NCBI RefSeq assembly: GCF_009914755.1
Contig: NC_060936.1
Reading direction: 5' to 3' (one strand)
DNA: 64,000 bases
Source of the DNA: the human T2T-CHM13v2.0 reference genome, Homo sapiens
The translations under genes were made by a program, and so were the position numbers. The notes beneath the pieces were generated by a model. It was not told where the DNA came from. It did no database searches and was given only the letters and a program-made list of their open reading frames with translations. This document shows, one piece after another, positions 1 through 17,836 of this stretch (its first letter is position 1; every line of letters begins with the position of its first letter).

Positions 1-451
1 CACCTCAGCCTCCCAAGTAGCTGGGACTATAGGCACACATCATCATGCCCAACTAATTTTTATATTTTTGGTAGAGATGGTGTTTCACCATGTTGGCCAG
101 ACTGGTCTCAAACTCCTGACCTCAAGTGATCTGCCTGCCTCGGTCTCCCAAAGTGCTGGGATTACAGGTGTGCGCCATCACACCTGGCCTGGAGGCCCTG
201 TTTTAGAAAAGAGATACACAAGGATGAATTCACAAGTACACAAGAGTACTAGAAAGAGTATGTAGAATGAGAAAATAAGTGGCCTTGGAAGGGAGGGATC
301 TTTCCAAGGGAGGGGCCTTAAAGTTAAGCTTCATCACTTCCATCAAATCTCTTTCTATAATATAGCAACTGGCTGGGCACAGTGGCTCACGCCTGTAATG
401 CCAGCATTCTGAGAGGCCGAGGTGGGTGGATCACCTGAGGTCAGGAGTTCA

Positions 452-995
<544 letters not shown>

Positions 996-1143
996 TCAAC
1001 CCCGTTATGTGCAGGGTTTGCTCCCCCTCATTGTCCCCTCAGAGCCACCTTATTGCTGAAGACTTCCCTGACCACTCTATTTAAACAGTCACTTTTTTCC
1101 CTGTTTTTTTTTCCTCCAAAAATTACTTAATCATCACTAACAT

Positions 1144-1270
1144 TCTTCTTCCTACCCACTCCTCCTCCACTTCTTCCTCTTTCCTCCTCCTCCTCCTCCC
1201 CTTCCCCTCCTCCTCCTCCTTCTCCTCCTCCTCCTCTTCCTCCTCCTTCTTCTTTCTTCTTCTCCTTCTA
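1144..1270. repeat. (CCT/CTT)n low-complexity tract
   Basis: Seen directly. Confidence 0.9.
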
Positions 1271-1300
1271 GCTTCCTTATGAACCAGGCTCAGTGGCTCA

Positions 1301-1631
<331 letters not shown>

Positions 1632-1814
1632 TTATTGTCCCTGTCCTTCTTCTGTAATGTGAGTGCTACTGGTTGATCTACCAGAGTCTGCCACATAATA
1701 GGTCCTCATTCTATTTCTATGGAATGGATGAATGCATCCTACAAGCGAATCAATTGAGCTGACTGTATTTTGTGTGTGGGGTGGACATGAATCATTGGGA
1801 GCCAGAGGATGGGC

Positions 1815-2135
1815 TGTGTTAAGCTGGAAATGATCCCCAAACATGTCCAGGTTCTAATGCCCGAGAACTGTGAATATGTTACCTTATGTGGCAAAAGGGG
1901 GCTTTTCAGATGTGATTAAGTTAAGGAATCTTGAGAAGAGGAGATGATCCTGGATTATCTGGGTGGATCCAGTGTCATCCCAAGGGTTCTCATAAGAGGG
2001 AAGCAGGAGGGTCAGAGGCAGAGGATGAGGTGGGATAACGGAAGCAGAGGTTGGAGTGATGCTGGGCAGTGAGTCAAGGAATGTGGGAGGCTTCCAGAAC
2101 CTGGAAAATGCAAAGAAATGGATTCTCCTCTAGAA
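1815..2135 (+). mobile_element. MLT1D-like MaLR LTR
   Basis: tgtgaatatgttaccttatgtggcaaaagg...gatgtgattaagttaagg...gattctcctctaga. Confidence 0.8.
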
Positions 2136-2412
2136 CAGTAGTAACAGTCAATGAATACAGATTTAATTCATATTTTGTATTAGCTTTCCTTTTTCTTTTT
2201 TTTTTTTAAGGAGTTTCTCTCTTGTTGCCCAGGCTGGAGTGCAGTGACGTGGATCTCTGATCACTGCAACTTCCACTTCCCAAGTTCAAGCAATTCTCCT
2301 GCCTCAGCCTCCCAAATAGCTGGGATTACAGGTGCTAATTTTTTGTATTTTTAGTAGAGACGGGGTTTCACCATGTTGGCCAGGCTGGTCTTGAACTCCT
2401 GACCTTAGGTGA

Positions 2413-3308
<896 letters not shown>

Positions 3309-5302
3309 TAGCGTGGCAAGAGCTGACTGGTACAAAGAGGCAGACAGGACATACGCACAGACACGTACACAGACAACTATTGCCAAGCAACACTTCCTGG
3401 GTGCAAAGTGATTGGTATTGACAAGCAGCATAGCCAGAGGCTACAGGCAGGAGCCCACAAAGGGGCTGTTTGAATCAAACCCTCAGCAATAGAAATGGTT
3501 ACCAACAGAAATAAGAGAGGAGGGTGGGTTTCCAGGTAGTGGGGAGTGGCAGAGGCAAAGGCCCCATGGGAAGGAAAAGAAAAGCTGTGTTTAGAACCAC
3601 CGAGGTGGATCAGCCCAGAAAAGTAGACTTGGGCAGAGCTGAGGAAGAAAGGGAAGCCAAAAAGGGCCACTTGTGGTCACACAAACACTGACTGTTGGCC
3701 AGAGGAACTGGCCCTTCCTCCTCTGATCCCTAGTGGCACCGAATGACTTTGAGCAAAGGCATGACGGGATGAAAGAGATGTTTTAGGAAGGGCAATCTGG
3801 GGGCAGCATGTGCTTTCCAAGGAAGACAATACCACCAGCCTGGAGGGAAACGGAACAGGTGTCTCTCTCCCTGTAGACTTTGCCGGCAGCGTTCTGCTAA
3901 TAACAGCCTTTCCATTAGAGACTCTTTTCGAAACGTTCAAGACTAAACGGATTTGGTGACTCGCTGCATTATGTTGAATTAATACCACAGATACTACACT
4001 TTGAGTTTATTGCGTGTCTCTGAAGCTTTCTCAAACTTGTTTTTTTATTTTGAGATGGAGCCTCGATCTGTCGCCCAGGCTGGAGTGCAGTGGCATGACG
4101 TTGGCTCACGGCAACCTCCACCTCCTGGGCTCAAGTGATTCTCCTGCCTCAGCCTCCTGAATAGCGGGACTGCAGGCGCACACCACAATGCCCAGCTAAT
4201 TTTTGTATTTTTAGTAGAGACAAGTTTTCACCATGTTGACCAGGCTGGTCTCAAACTCCTGACCTCAAGTGATCCGCCTGCCTTGGCCCCTCAAAGTGCT
4301 GGGATTACAAGCGTGAGCCACGGCACCCAGCTGGCTTTCTCAAACTTAATCGTTGCTTTATCTGGTAGTTCCTTTGTTTATGAGAAAAGGAATTGAAGGA
4401 GAGAGGAGGAGAGTGGAAAACATCACCCCTGAATATCTTAAAATTCTTGGTCACAGTAAATTAGCAAGGGGCCAAGAGAGTGAGGCTTCCCATGTCAACT
4501 CCGGGTTCCAGCAGAGAAAACCTAGATGCATGAAGGCCAGGAGATCACTCACCTCTGTATCCCCATCCCTGAGTCTAGTAGTACGAAGAAATTTGAGGGT
4601 TTTTTTGTTTTGTTTTTGTTTTTTGAATCACTTTACCTGGCTGGGCGAGGTAGCTCACACCTGTAATCTCAGCACTTTGGGAGGCTGAGGCGGGCGGATC
4701 ACCTGAGGTCAGGAGTTTGAGATCAGCCTGGCCAACATGGCAAAAACCTGTCTCTACTAAAAATACAAAAATTAGTCAGGTGTGGTGGCGTACATCTGTA
4801 ATCCCAGCTACTCGGGAGGCTGAGGCAGGAGAATTGCTTGAAACCCAGGAAGTGGAGGTTGCAGTGAGCCAAGATGGTGCCACTGCACTCCTGCCTGGGT
4901 GACAGAGCGAGACTCCATCTCAAATAAAAATAAAAATAAAAATAAATAAAATTAAATAAATAAATAAATAAATAAAATAAATAAATAATCACTTAACCAA
5001 TTACTCAGGTCTCAACTCTTCTGCTGTCTGATTAACGTAACCTCATTTTCCTCTAGAGGCCATCCCTAAAGCTATTTCCTTTTAGTGATATGTATCAAAC
5101 ACTATGTTGATTCACCTGGTTGTAAAGACTTTGCCTGTTTTTGATTTCCTGGTAATCTTGTGGAGGGTACCACAAACAAATAAACACATTTTGACTCTGT
5201 AAGGGGCTGTGAAGCCCATATTCTATGTTCATTTGTAGTGACTCAAAAATATTTTTATATTCCCTCCCCCACCACTTGTTTCCCACCTGCTTCTCTTTCT
5301 GA

Positions 5303-5746
<444 letters not shown>

Positions 5747-7897
5747 TAGGCTGGTCTCAAACTCCTGACCTCGTGATCCGCCCGCCTTGGCCTCCCAAAG
5801 TGTTGGGATTACAGGCATAAGCCACCATGCCTAGCGGCACCGGCTTTTAAAAGGAGAGATCCCTGTAACTGCAGGTGGTCCGAGGAGGCTTGAGAAACTC
5901 AGTGCTTAAGTATCAAATAACTTCAAGATGGGCTGTTGGAACTTCTAGAAGACACAAAAGCTTGAGAAGGCTGGAAGGCACCAAAGCTGGGGCCTTATTT
6001 TATCTACCTATTCTACTCCATTCCATTCCATCCTGTCTTGCCCTAAGCATATTGCAAATATTAACTCATTTAACCCTATCGCAAACCAATGGCGTAGAAA
6101 CGATCATAACTGATTTCACAGTGAAGAAATGGAAGTCTAGAAAGGATGGGTAACTTACCCAAAGTTGCATAGTTAGAAAGTGGAGGAGCTGGGATTTGAA
6201 CCAAGACAGTCCGGGTGTCTTAGTGACAGCATGGGGGGGTGGATAGGAATGCGGCTTCTTCGGCTGCACAGCTTGGGTTCAAATCTCACCTCTAACATTA
6301 GCATGCTATGTTAGCCTTGCATAAACTGTCTGATCCCCTTGCACGTCAGTTACCCAAGCTTTAAATTGGAGGAGAGTAAATCGTAACATGTCAAAGCATT
6401 CTTGTCAAGATTAGCTTTTTTTTCTTTTTTTCTTTTTTGCCTGACTCACTCTGTTGCCCAGGCTGGAGTGCAGTGGCATAATCACGGCTCACTGCAGGCT
6501 TGACCTCGCAGGCTCAAGCAATTCTCCCACCTCAGCCTTCTGAGTAGCTGGGACTACGGCTACACCTGGGACTACAGGAGCACACCACCACACCCAGCTT
6601 TTTTTTTTTTTTTTTTTTTTTGAGACAGATTCTCACTCTTTCACACAGGCTGGAGTGCAGTGGTGCAATCTCGGCTCACTGAAACCTCCACTTCCCGGGT
6701 TCAAGCGATTCTCCTGCCTCAGCCTCCTGAGTAGTTGGGGTTACAGGTGTGTGCTACCACACCCAGCTAATTTTTGTATTTTTAGTAGAGATGGGGGTTT
6801 CGCCATGTTGGCCAGGCTGGTCTTGAACTCCTGACCTTAGGTGATCCACCCACGTTGGCCTCCCAAAGTGCTGGGATTACAGGCATGAGCCACTGCGCCC
6901 GGCTGTATTTTGTATTTTTTGTAGACAGGGTCTCACTATGTTGCCCAGCCTGGCTTGAACTCTCGGGCTCAAGCAATCCCCCCACTTCAGCCTCCCAAAG
7001 TGCTGGGATTACAGGCATGAGTCACTGCGCCCGGCTGTATTTTTGTATTTTTTGTAGAGACAGGGTCTCACTATGTTGCCCAGGCTGGCTTCAACTCCTG
7101 GGCTCAAACAATCCTCCCACTTCAGCCTCCCAAAGTGTTGGGATTACAGGCATGAGCCACTGCGCCCACTAAGACTGGCTTTTAATAACTGTTAGCCCTT
7201 CTTAAAATTGGCTAATACATTGTTGTAGGACAGTAAGTAGGGCATGGAGTTCCCTGACTCCTGCTCTGTCTCTGATCTTCATCCCACACTTGAACTTAGG
7301 CATGAGGCTCAGGGATGGGATGGAGGAGTCAGGAGTGATGTATGTGTGCAGGTGGGGTGGGCAATGAGTTGAATAAGCTACTTGGTAATTTAAAAAAACC
7401 TGAATGTCGGCTGGGTGCAGTGGCTCACGCCTGTAATCCCAGCACTCTGGGAGGCTGAGGCAGGCAGATCACCTGAGGTTAGGAATTTGAGACCAGCCTG
7501 GCCAACATGGTGAAACCCCGTCTCTAACAAAAATACAAAAAATGTAGCCGGGTATTGTGGCGGATGCCTGTAATCCCAGATACTTGGGTGGCTGAGTCAG
7601 GAGAATCATTTGAACCTGGGATGGATGTTGTAGTGAGCTGAGATAGTGCCCTGCACTCCAGCCTGGGCGATGGAGATGGAGCGAGAGTCTGGCTCAAAAA
7701 AATAAAAAATAAAATAAATAAAAAAGCTGAAATGTCTAGTCACAGCATCCAAATCGCCATGTCTGGAAGGGCATGATGAAGCCTCATCCCCCTGCATCAA
7801 ACCCAACTGCTAGTTTATTCCTTTATGGTCACAAATCTGTCGGGCATTTGACATCAGCACTTCTTCATCTATTTTTTCTTTTTTTTTTTTTTTCTGA

Positions 7898-8205
<308 letters not shown>

Positions 8206-8654
8206 TGAGGTCTCTTTGTTTTGGAACTGGGCCTGAAACCAGCCAGGAATTAGAGTTTAGGGTCCTCAGGGAGGAGGGCCCTAAATGGAAGAGGGCTGAG
8301 GGTGAAGGTCTTACTGTTTCTCTGGGGCCCTGGCTATGGATGCAGCTGTGCTGGAGGAAAAGGGGGTGTTGGGGAGGCGGGCAGAGAGGACGCTCAGCTA
8401 CGCCACCCAGATCTGCATCGGGACTCAGGAACGAGTCCCCTGGCTGCCGGGAGCACCCTCAGCCTTCAGCCCCTTGGGTGTGGCTTCTGCTGGTGAGAGT
8501 TGCCTGACTCAAGATGTACGGGTCTAAAATCCTGCCTTCCAGTCCCAAATCGGGACACCTCTGAAAGGTCACCTTTAGAATGCCCTGCAGGGCTGGCTGA
8601 AGCTTCTGTTGAGACTTATGGCAGCTCAGCTTTGCCTCTGACCAGAGAGGCCTC

Positions 8655-9055
8655 CTCCCCTCCCCTCCTCTCCCCCTGCCCTTCACTTCTGCCTCCTCCT
8701 TCCCCTCCCCTTCTCTCTTCTTCCCTTAGTTTTCTTCTCCCCTCCCTCTTTTCCTCTCTTCTTGCTTTCTCTCCTCTCTGCTCCTTCTCCTCCTCCTCTT
8801 TTCTCTCCTTCTTCTCCCTCCTCTACCCTCCCTCCTCTTCCCCTCTTTTCCCTCCCTCCCCTCCCGCTCCCGCTCCTTCCCTGGTCTTTCTTTTCCCTCT
8901 CCCCTGTCCCTTCCTCTCTTCCCTCTTCTCTCCTCCCCTCCCCTCTCCTCCCTTACCCTCCCCTCTCACTCTCTCCCCTCCCTTCTCTTCCTCTCTCCTC
9001 CCCTTCACTCCCTTCTCCTCTCTTCTCCCCTTCCCTTCTCTCCCCTCTCCTCCCC
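8655..9055. repeat. ~400-bp polypyrimidine/polypurine (CT-rich) low-complexity tract
   Basis: Almost only C/T on the plus strand. Confidence 0.95.
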
Positions 9056-9197
9056 AAGAGCACTCTCTTGTCAGCCTCCTGCCAACTCCATCTCAGAGCA
9101 GGCTTCTGGGGCACCCAACCCAGGACAGCAGGCCAAAGTGTGAGAAACTCCAAGCAAATCCAACAGAAGACAGCAGCCAGCCAAGTTGAATCCACTT

Positions 9198-9203
9198 TTT
9201 AAT
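9198..9203 (-). terminator. Candidate distal poly(A) signal ATTAAA
   Basis: tttaat on plus; minus-strand downstream sequence is U/GU-rich (ctgctgtcttctgttggatttgcttgg). Confidence 0.6.
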
Positions 9204-9431
9204 ATTGTAACCATAATGCAAACAAGCATAATAGGCTTTTGTTGAATCCCATAAAATTGGAAGATGAGAACTATACAGAAGAAGAGCATGCGACAAACAC
9301 AGCCTGGACAACCTCGCAAAGAGCGTGGGGTGGGCGTCAGTCCTTCAAGGAAGGTGCTGGAGCACAGGGACACTTGGCAGAGATTAGCAGCATTGAGAGC
9401 TCAGAGGTAGGGGGGACGGCCGAGTTTCTGA

Positions 9432-9435
<4 letters not shown>

Positions 9436-9480
<45 letters not shown>
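9436..9480. repeat. (GT)22 microsatellite in the distal 3' UTR
   Basis: Counted directly. Confidence 0.95.
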
Positions 9481-9481
<1 letters not shown>

Positions 9482-9677
9482 TGAGATGCGACCAGGTCTG
9501 CCCACCTCCCCAGCTTCCCAAGCCCGGAACGGACACTGCGACGTGGGGTGCCCGGCACCGCTCTTTGGGCCTTCTGGAAAACCACTGCTGAGCCAGGAGT
9601 GTGAGTCTTAACAATCACAACGAGAACACAACAATGAAAACAGTGGCGGCAGAGCACAGGACATGGGAGGGGACTGA

Positions 9678-10001
<324 letters not shown>

Positions 10002-10249
10002 TAACTCCCAGCCTCAAGTGATCTGCCAGCCTCGGCCTCCCAAAGTCCTGTGATTACAGGCATGAGCCACCACGCCTGGCCTGGGAGGGGTTTTTGAAAG
10101 CATACTGCCCTCCCCATGCCCCCTCCCCCGGACACCCTCAAATCCCACTTTGGCAGCAGATAATGGAAACAACCACTGGGCTAGGCAAAGTTTCTGCTGC
10201 GTGCTCCAGGAAATCTATAATGAGAAGTCCTGGGGTAGCCAGCAGAGAT

Positions 10250-10470
10250 TCTCTTGACCCTGAAGTCCAAGAGAGGGGTGTTGCCCCCTGGGGACATTGG
10301 GCAATGTCTGATGACATACTTGATTGTTACCGTTGGCAGGACACTGCTACAGGTATCTCGTGGATGGAGGCCAGGAATGCTGCTCAGCTTCCTACAGTAC
10401 CCAAGACGGCCCCCACAAGAAAGAATTACCCAGCCCCAAATGCCAATAGTGCTAAGGTTGACAGACCCTG
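10250..10470 (+). mobile_element. MER20 (hAT DNA transposon) in the 3' UTR
   Basis: ggggacattgggcaatgtctga...gaggccaggaatgctgct...gccccaaatgccaatagtgc. Confidence 0.8.
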
Positions 10471-11050
10471 CGCTACAGTCTCCTAGAACTTAGGAGTCAA
10501 ATCTGGGCACTTCGATGTCCTGGAGTTACTTTCTAAAAGACTACAGGAAGCAGTGCATGGAGGCAGATTTGTTCCCGCCTGCCAGGGCCATCTCGTTAAT
10601 AACGGACTGTGTTTTGGGCCAGACGGGCATAGCCCCGCTTGACCAGAACTGTTTGGATATTTTAGAACAAAACAAACTCATATAAACATACTAAGGCATA
10701 TTGACAGCTGACCACCTCCCTCGCACATGGCTTTGATAAGTATTAATAGGAAACAGACTCTCGACAGACACTGCTTTCCACGGGTGAAAGTGTACCTGGG
10801 TCCTTACATTTGGGGAAGGGCAGCTTTTCTTTTGGGGCCCCTTTGCCACAAGGCAGGGACTGGCAGTGGGCCAAGGATAGGGAGTGTGAGATAAAGGGCA
10901 GAGGCCAGGCCAGGTTGGCCTCCAAAGTCAAATCCCTGTTCATGGGGAACATCTATGTTGACTCCCTGGGAGGCAGGCCCCTTCCCTCAGACCCTCAGAC
11001 CTGTGTTTCCTTAATCCCAGCACCTGGTCTTTCATTTTAATTTTTTTTAG

Positions 11051-11218
<168 letters not shown>

Positions 11219-11999
11219 TAGTAGAGACGAGATTGCGCTGTGTTGCCCAAGCTGGTCTCAAACTCCTGGCCCCAAGTGATCCTCCCACCTCAGTCTCCCA
11301 AAGTGCTATTACAGGCATGAACCACCATGCCTGGCCTACTTTTTGAGCCAAAGAGGACATTTGGATGCAGGAGACTATGAAGGTTGGGGACAGCCAGAGA
11401 GTATGAATGGGTTATAAAGGAAGACTAGTTAGTGTTTCTCTCTCCTTGTTGCTTCCTGGCAGTCTCAGACTACATTCCTGATACAGACAGAAGGCTTTGA
11501 GGACATGGTGGCCACAGCGGCATGCTGGGTATGTGGGGCAGCGGGTAGGGAAATATACAAGGAAACATGGCTGGTTTAAAACACAGGCTAGAAGTCCACA
11601 GATTTCCTAATGGCAAGAATGAAAAGGCTGCATTAGGCGCTGGTGCTGTCGGAGTGAAGGGGCTCAGGCATCTGGATTGCCCATCCTATTAGGACCATTT
11701 GCCCTATGAGCTAGGTCAGGACACCTCTCACTTGTTTTGAGCTTAGGGCAAGACCTGACCTCTTTCAAAGTCCAGAGCAGGCAGCTGCTGAAAGCGTGTT
11801 TGGTCAGAAGATTCTGTGTTCTTAGCCAATGTCTACTGGCTGGGGGTCAGTTTTCCCTCCGGGCATCTGGGCATGGCTGGACTTGGGAAGGATTCACCCT
11901 GTTGACTCCAGAGAAGCTGACTATCACATCAGCTCTGAAAACTCATCTTTTCCCTGAGCCTGCTCTTCAGAGACCTCTCTCTCAGCTAGGGGCAAGATG

Positions 12000-12316
<317 letters not shown>

Positions 12317-12842
12317 TGCAAGATGCTTTAATTTCTCCTTTATTCTCACCCTCTACAATGGATGGGGTGCCAGGTACGCTGATTCAGTTCCTGGAGTCTC
12401 TTTATCACTACATCCGCCTCTTCCCTCACTCAAGCCTTGGTTGCAGCAATAACCCCCCCAACAGCTCAACGGGCCATGCTCTGTACTGTGGCCAGAACTT
12501 TCTTTTCCAAGTATAACTCCAATCGCCTTAATGTCCCTTTTTGAAAAACATTCTTAGGGACTCCCTGTTGCCTTCTGAATAAAGCCTAAATTTCTTGTAA
12601 TGCCACTCACCTCTCCCCACGGTCTGGTCCCAGCCCACCTTTTCTCACCCTCCTCAGCCTTCCAAAGCCAGCCTCAATTTATCTTACATGCTCCCTGTCC
12701 GTGCCTTTCCTCTCACTCTTCCCAATTCCTGGACAACTCTTACCTTCCAGAAGCTACCAGTGAAATCCCGCCCATTTCTCAAACCCCAGAAATTTATGTC
12801 AGTTCCAAGACGGGTGTCTCTCTCCATCAGATTATAACCTTT

Positions 12843-13133
12843 GGCTGGGCGTGGTGGCTCATGCCTGTAATCCAGCACTTTGGGAGGCTGAGGTGCGTGG
12901 ATCATTTGAGGTCAGGAATTCAAGACCAGCCTGGCCAACATGGTGAAACCCTGACTCTACTAAAAATACAAAACTTAGCTGGGCGTGGTGGTAGGCGCCT
13001 GTAGTCCCAGTTACTCAGGAGGCCGAGGCAGAAGAATCACTTGAACTGGGGGAGGCAGAGGATGCAGTGAGCTGAGATCGTACCACTGTACGCCAGCCTG
13101 GGTGACAGAGCAAGACTCTGTCAAAAAAAAAAA
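12843..13133 (+). mobile_element. Alu in 3' UTR (antisense in the mRNA)
   Basis: Alu consensus. Confidence 0.95.
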
Positions 13134-14183
13134 TGATTCTAACCTTCTGCACGAGAGGAACTGTGTTTTGCTTATCTCTGCAAACTGCCCGGTGCCTTCC
13201 ACACACTGGAGAAGCAAGACATGTTATAAGTTAAGTGAAAAATTAAAATGCAGTAAGTTTTGAACCAGGTACTGTAACTGGGCATTTCGTGGGCATTGTC
13301 TCATTCAATCCACCTTGTTATACAGGTGGGTATGCAGACTCTAAAAGGTCAAGTGAGCCGCCCACAGCCATCTGCACCAACAGGGGCAGAATTAGGATTT
13401 GCACTCAGGTCGGCTCCCAAAATTCCATATTGATGGGTCTGAAGTGTCCCCCCGCAAAAGAAAGACACCTGGCTGTCTCACTCCAGGGAAACCAAAAGAA
13501 GCCCTCTCTCCTCCCAAGGAGTTTAACATCATCTCTCTGCTCTTTCACGACACAAGCTGTGGGAACTGGATGCATAGTGATGGCAGGTGAGCATGATGTT
13601 CCGGTGTTCCTATTTCAGGAGACGTCTCATTCCTCCTGGCCAAACTCACTTTTGTGAAATGGGGCTGGAGCTGCTACTGGTCAATTCAGGGGGAAGAGGG
13701 AAATAAATGGGCCATAACCCGAATAACCCCCAAATATCTTGTCAACCCTATTTTGCTTACCCATTGCTTAATTCTATTTTGCACTTAAACGGTTGGCTAC
13801 GAGGCCTGGATGAAAAGCCACCACGAGAGGGCAGTATTTCCCCACCCTTGATCTGAGCCTAACAATCTGGACTCCACTCTGGTCCTTGAGAGGTTACTCA
13901 ACAGAGAGAGAGGCTTTTGGTATCAGGAATTCTGGCAAATGAAAGAAACACATCAGATCGCTCTCCTGCCTTCTAGCCTGGAGTTGTGAAGCAGCTTGTG
14001 TTGGGGATTGAAAGGTGTTTACTTAAAAAAAAATCTTTCTGGAGAAGAAGGATGAATCCTGGTTTTATAATCATTTCTTTGGACTCCTTGACAAAATGAG
14101 ACAATGTTTCCATCTGTCTGCTACTAGAAAGGCAGGCACATGCAGAAAGGAGGTGCCTGGCACCTTGTAAGCGCTTCTAAGTA

Positions 14184-14259
14184 TTTATTCCCTGATGGAA
14201 AAGCATTCCTGCATAAAGCTTGACTTGGAGTGGGAAGCACTGATCAATTTGTCTTTAAT
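14184..14259 (-). terminator. Candidate proximal poly(A) signals: ATTAAA (14254-14259) and AATAAA (14184-14189)
   Basis: Hexamers read directly, about 2.1-2.2 kb after the stop; usage is inferred. Confidence 0.5.
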
Positions 14260-15890
14260 GGGGATTGGACACAACAGTTTCCTTCCCTGGGGAATTGGGG
14301 AGGCGTCTCCAAAGCTATAAAGGATTGGAAAGAAAGCCTTTGGGAGGAAAGCTACTAGGAGCTGGAAATGGGTTTGCAGGAAAGGAGTTTAGAATGGGCT
14401 TCCCTTCAGGATTAGAAGGGGTGAGTGTGGGATGCTAAGTGTTTGTTCTTTATATCTGTGGAAGAGTGAGCAGGGGAAATTGGGATTAAAGGAAGGCAGG
14501 GGAGATTATAGCTGGCATGAAGTCAAGCTCCATGTGGCAGGAACAGGACACCGGTGGGGGCTGCCAGGGATGGCAGAGCAAGGTGAGTCATAGATTGCCT
14601 TTTCACTTTAACAGTCTCCTGGCCTGGGCCCTTTGGGGTCTTGGTGCCCCCACTGTAAAGCCCTTTCAAAGAGGGCCAGTGCACTTCCTCTTTAGCAGAC
14701 ACCCAAACTGAACAACAAGATATGCCCACGTACAGTATATAAAAGAAATGTGGTTTTTCTGTATAGCAAGACACAACAAACAGGGTAGAACCAGCAGAAC
14801 ATTCCCTTTCCATCCTTGGGGACCCTGCAGTCTGGGAGGCCACTAGGATTTCTTGTCTCTTTCTGGGAACTGCCTGACACTAATTTGTAGTATTTAAAAA
14901 AGTATACAAAGGGATCCCTTCCCACCATTTACTCTGAGAGAGTAAATTCAACAGGTTGCCTCTTAGGGAGGAATTACACCGGCTCCAATTCCTACCGAAG
15001 ACTTGGCTGCCCATTTTTGATCTGAGTTGAGGGTAACTTATTTGTCAAAATTAATTTAACAGGTTTAAAACTTTGGAGATCAACTGCAGAGGGCAACAAG
15101 CCTGAGGGACAAGTTCTTCCCACCCCAAGTTGTGGCTCCTATCGAAGAAGCCACGTGGGACCTCATTATGGCAACTCTTTCCAACCTCATCCACTTTAAC
15201 CAGCTTCCATTATTTCATCCCCAAGGGTGAAGCAGCAAGCCCGCTTTGGGGGAATAAAAAAATAATAATCATATTGTTACTTGATATTGTTTCCAGGCAC
15301 CAAAGCTTTAACATTTAATCCATTCATATTCTTTAGGTTCGTATGACATTATGACTAGGAAAAACTGAGGACAAGTGACCCATCCAAAGTCATCCAGTGG
15401 CAAAGTGGGAAGATCCTTATTGCCACCAGGCTTCTTTGAACAACATAACTTCCAGGCCCCTTGGATGCTATTGCTGGAGGAGGGGGTCAGTCAATGGATG
15501 TGGCAAAGTCAAGTGATTCTAGCTGGTATGGGTGGGTTTGGGGAGGGGATTTGCACAATCCATTGGATGGGTTCATGTCACATGAGGGCTCTGCTCACTG
15601 GTATCAAAATCTAAATGCAGCAAATTCTGGGAATGCCTCTTTCATTGGGAGACAGCCCCTTTAATCAATTTCCCACTCCTCTCCCCATGCCCTGAACCCT
15701 TTCTAACTAGAACAATTATGGGGCTTCCAAATGTTTCAGGTACATGGGCGTGGACCCTAATTATGGACACACGAGGGATTAATATGGGCCAGGGACACGT
15801 TTCTTGGCATTGAGGGTCTTCAATGAAAGCAGTGGCAATCTAAGATCGACACACTTGTGCAGGGAAGAGGACGGACAGAGACCTGGCCCA

Positions 15891-15891
<1 letters not shown>

Positions 15892-15925
<34 letters not shown>
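15892..15925. repeat. (CA)17 microsatellite in exon 29 3' UTR; probably the known polymorphic NOS1 exon 29 dinucleotide marker
   Basis: Counted directly. Confidence 0.9.
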
Positions 15926-15927
<2 letters not shown>

Positions 15928-16366
15928 CACGCACAACCAAAATGTCATCATAAAAAAGGAGAAAGGGGGACTTCAGTGGCTGAGGGACTGGCTCAGAGAG
16001 CTTGTGCCTAGTTCCTGCAGCCTTTCCAGGGGAACCCCAGAGAAAAAAACCCCCACAGCGACGGCCATGTTCCAGTGGTTTCATGCACCCGTGAGTTGCC
16101 CTTGTCGGCAAGAGAGGGAGTGGGAACAGAGTTTTGTAAGAGCCACTGCAGATTAGAAAAGCATTGCATCGCAGCAGGAAAACTCAAGGAGTAAACCCAG
16201 GAGGGCCGAGGAAACCACTGAGGGGCGAGAAGCCCGAGGAGGGAAACCAGGGCACAGCGACAAGGACAGGAGGCAGAGCGAGGGCCACAGGGGGTCCCAG
16301 AGGAAAGGTTCAGCAGTGTCTGTCCGCGCTTACAAAACTTGCAGCCGGCTGGGCAAGAGGGTCCAG

Positions 16367-16382
16367 TTAGGAGCTGAAAACC
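16367..16382 (-). CDS. NOS1: NOS1 exon 29 coding part (VFSS-stop)
   Basis: ccacag|G GTT TTC AGC TCC TAA; the 2083-nt exon total fits a 1434-aa protein. Confidence 0.96.
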
Positions 16383-16489
16383 CTGTGGAAAGAGAAGTTG
16401 GGGGGCAGTTAGTGCCCCAAGGGCAAGGCTGCTGTTTCCTCTGAGTGCCCCAGAGAAAATCACCCATGCTCTGGGCTCAGGGGCTTTGT

Positions 16490-17836
<1,347 letters not shown>

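Noticed and set aside
8500-9189. 229-aa Pro/Ser/Leu-rich ORF
   Set aside because: Artefact of the stop-free CT-rich tract
16360-16369. Stop-codon readthrough
   Set aside because: Context is UAA-CUGG, not the UGA-CUAG readthrough motif
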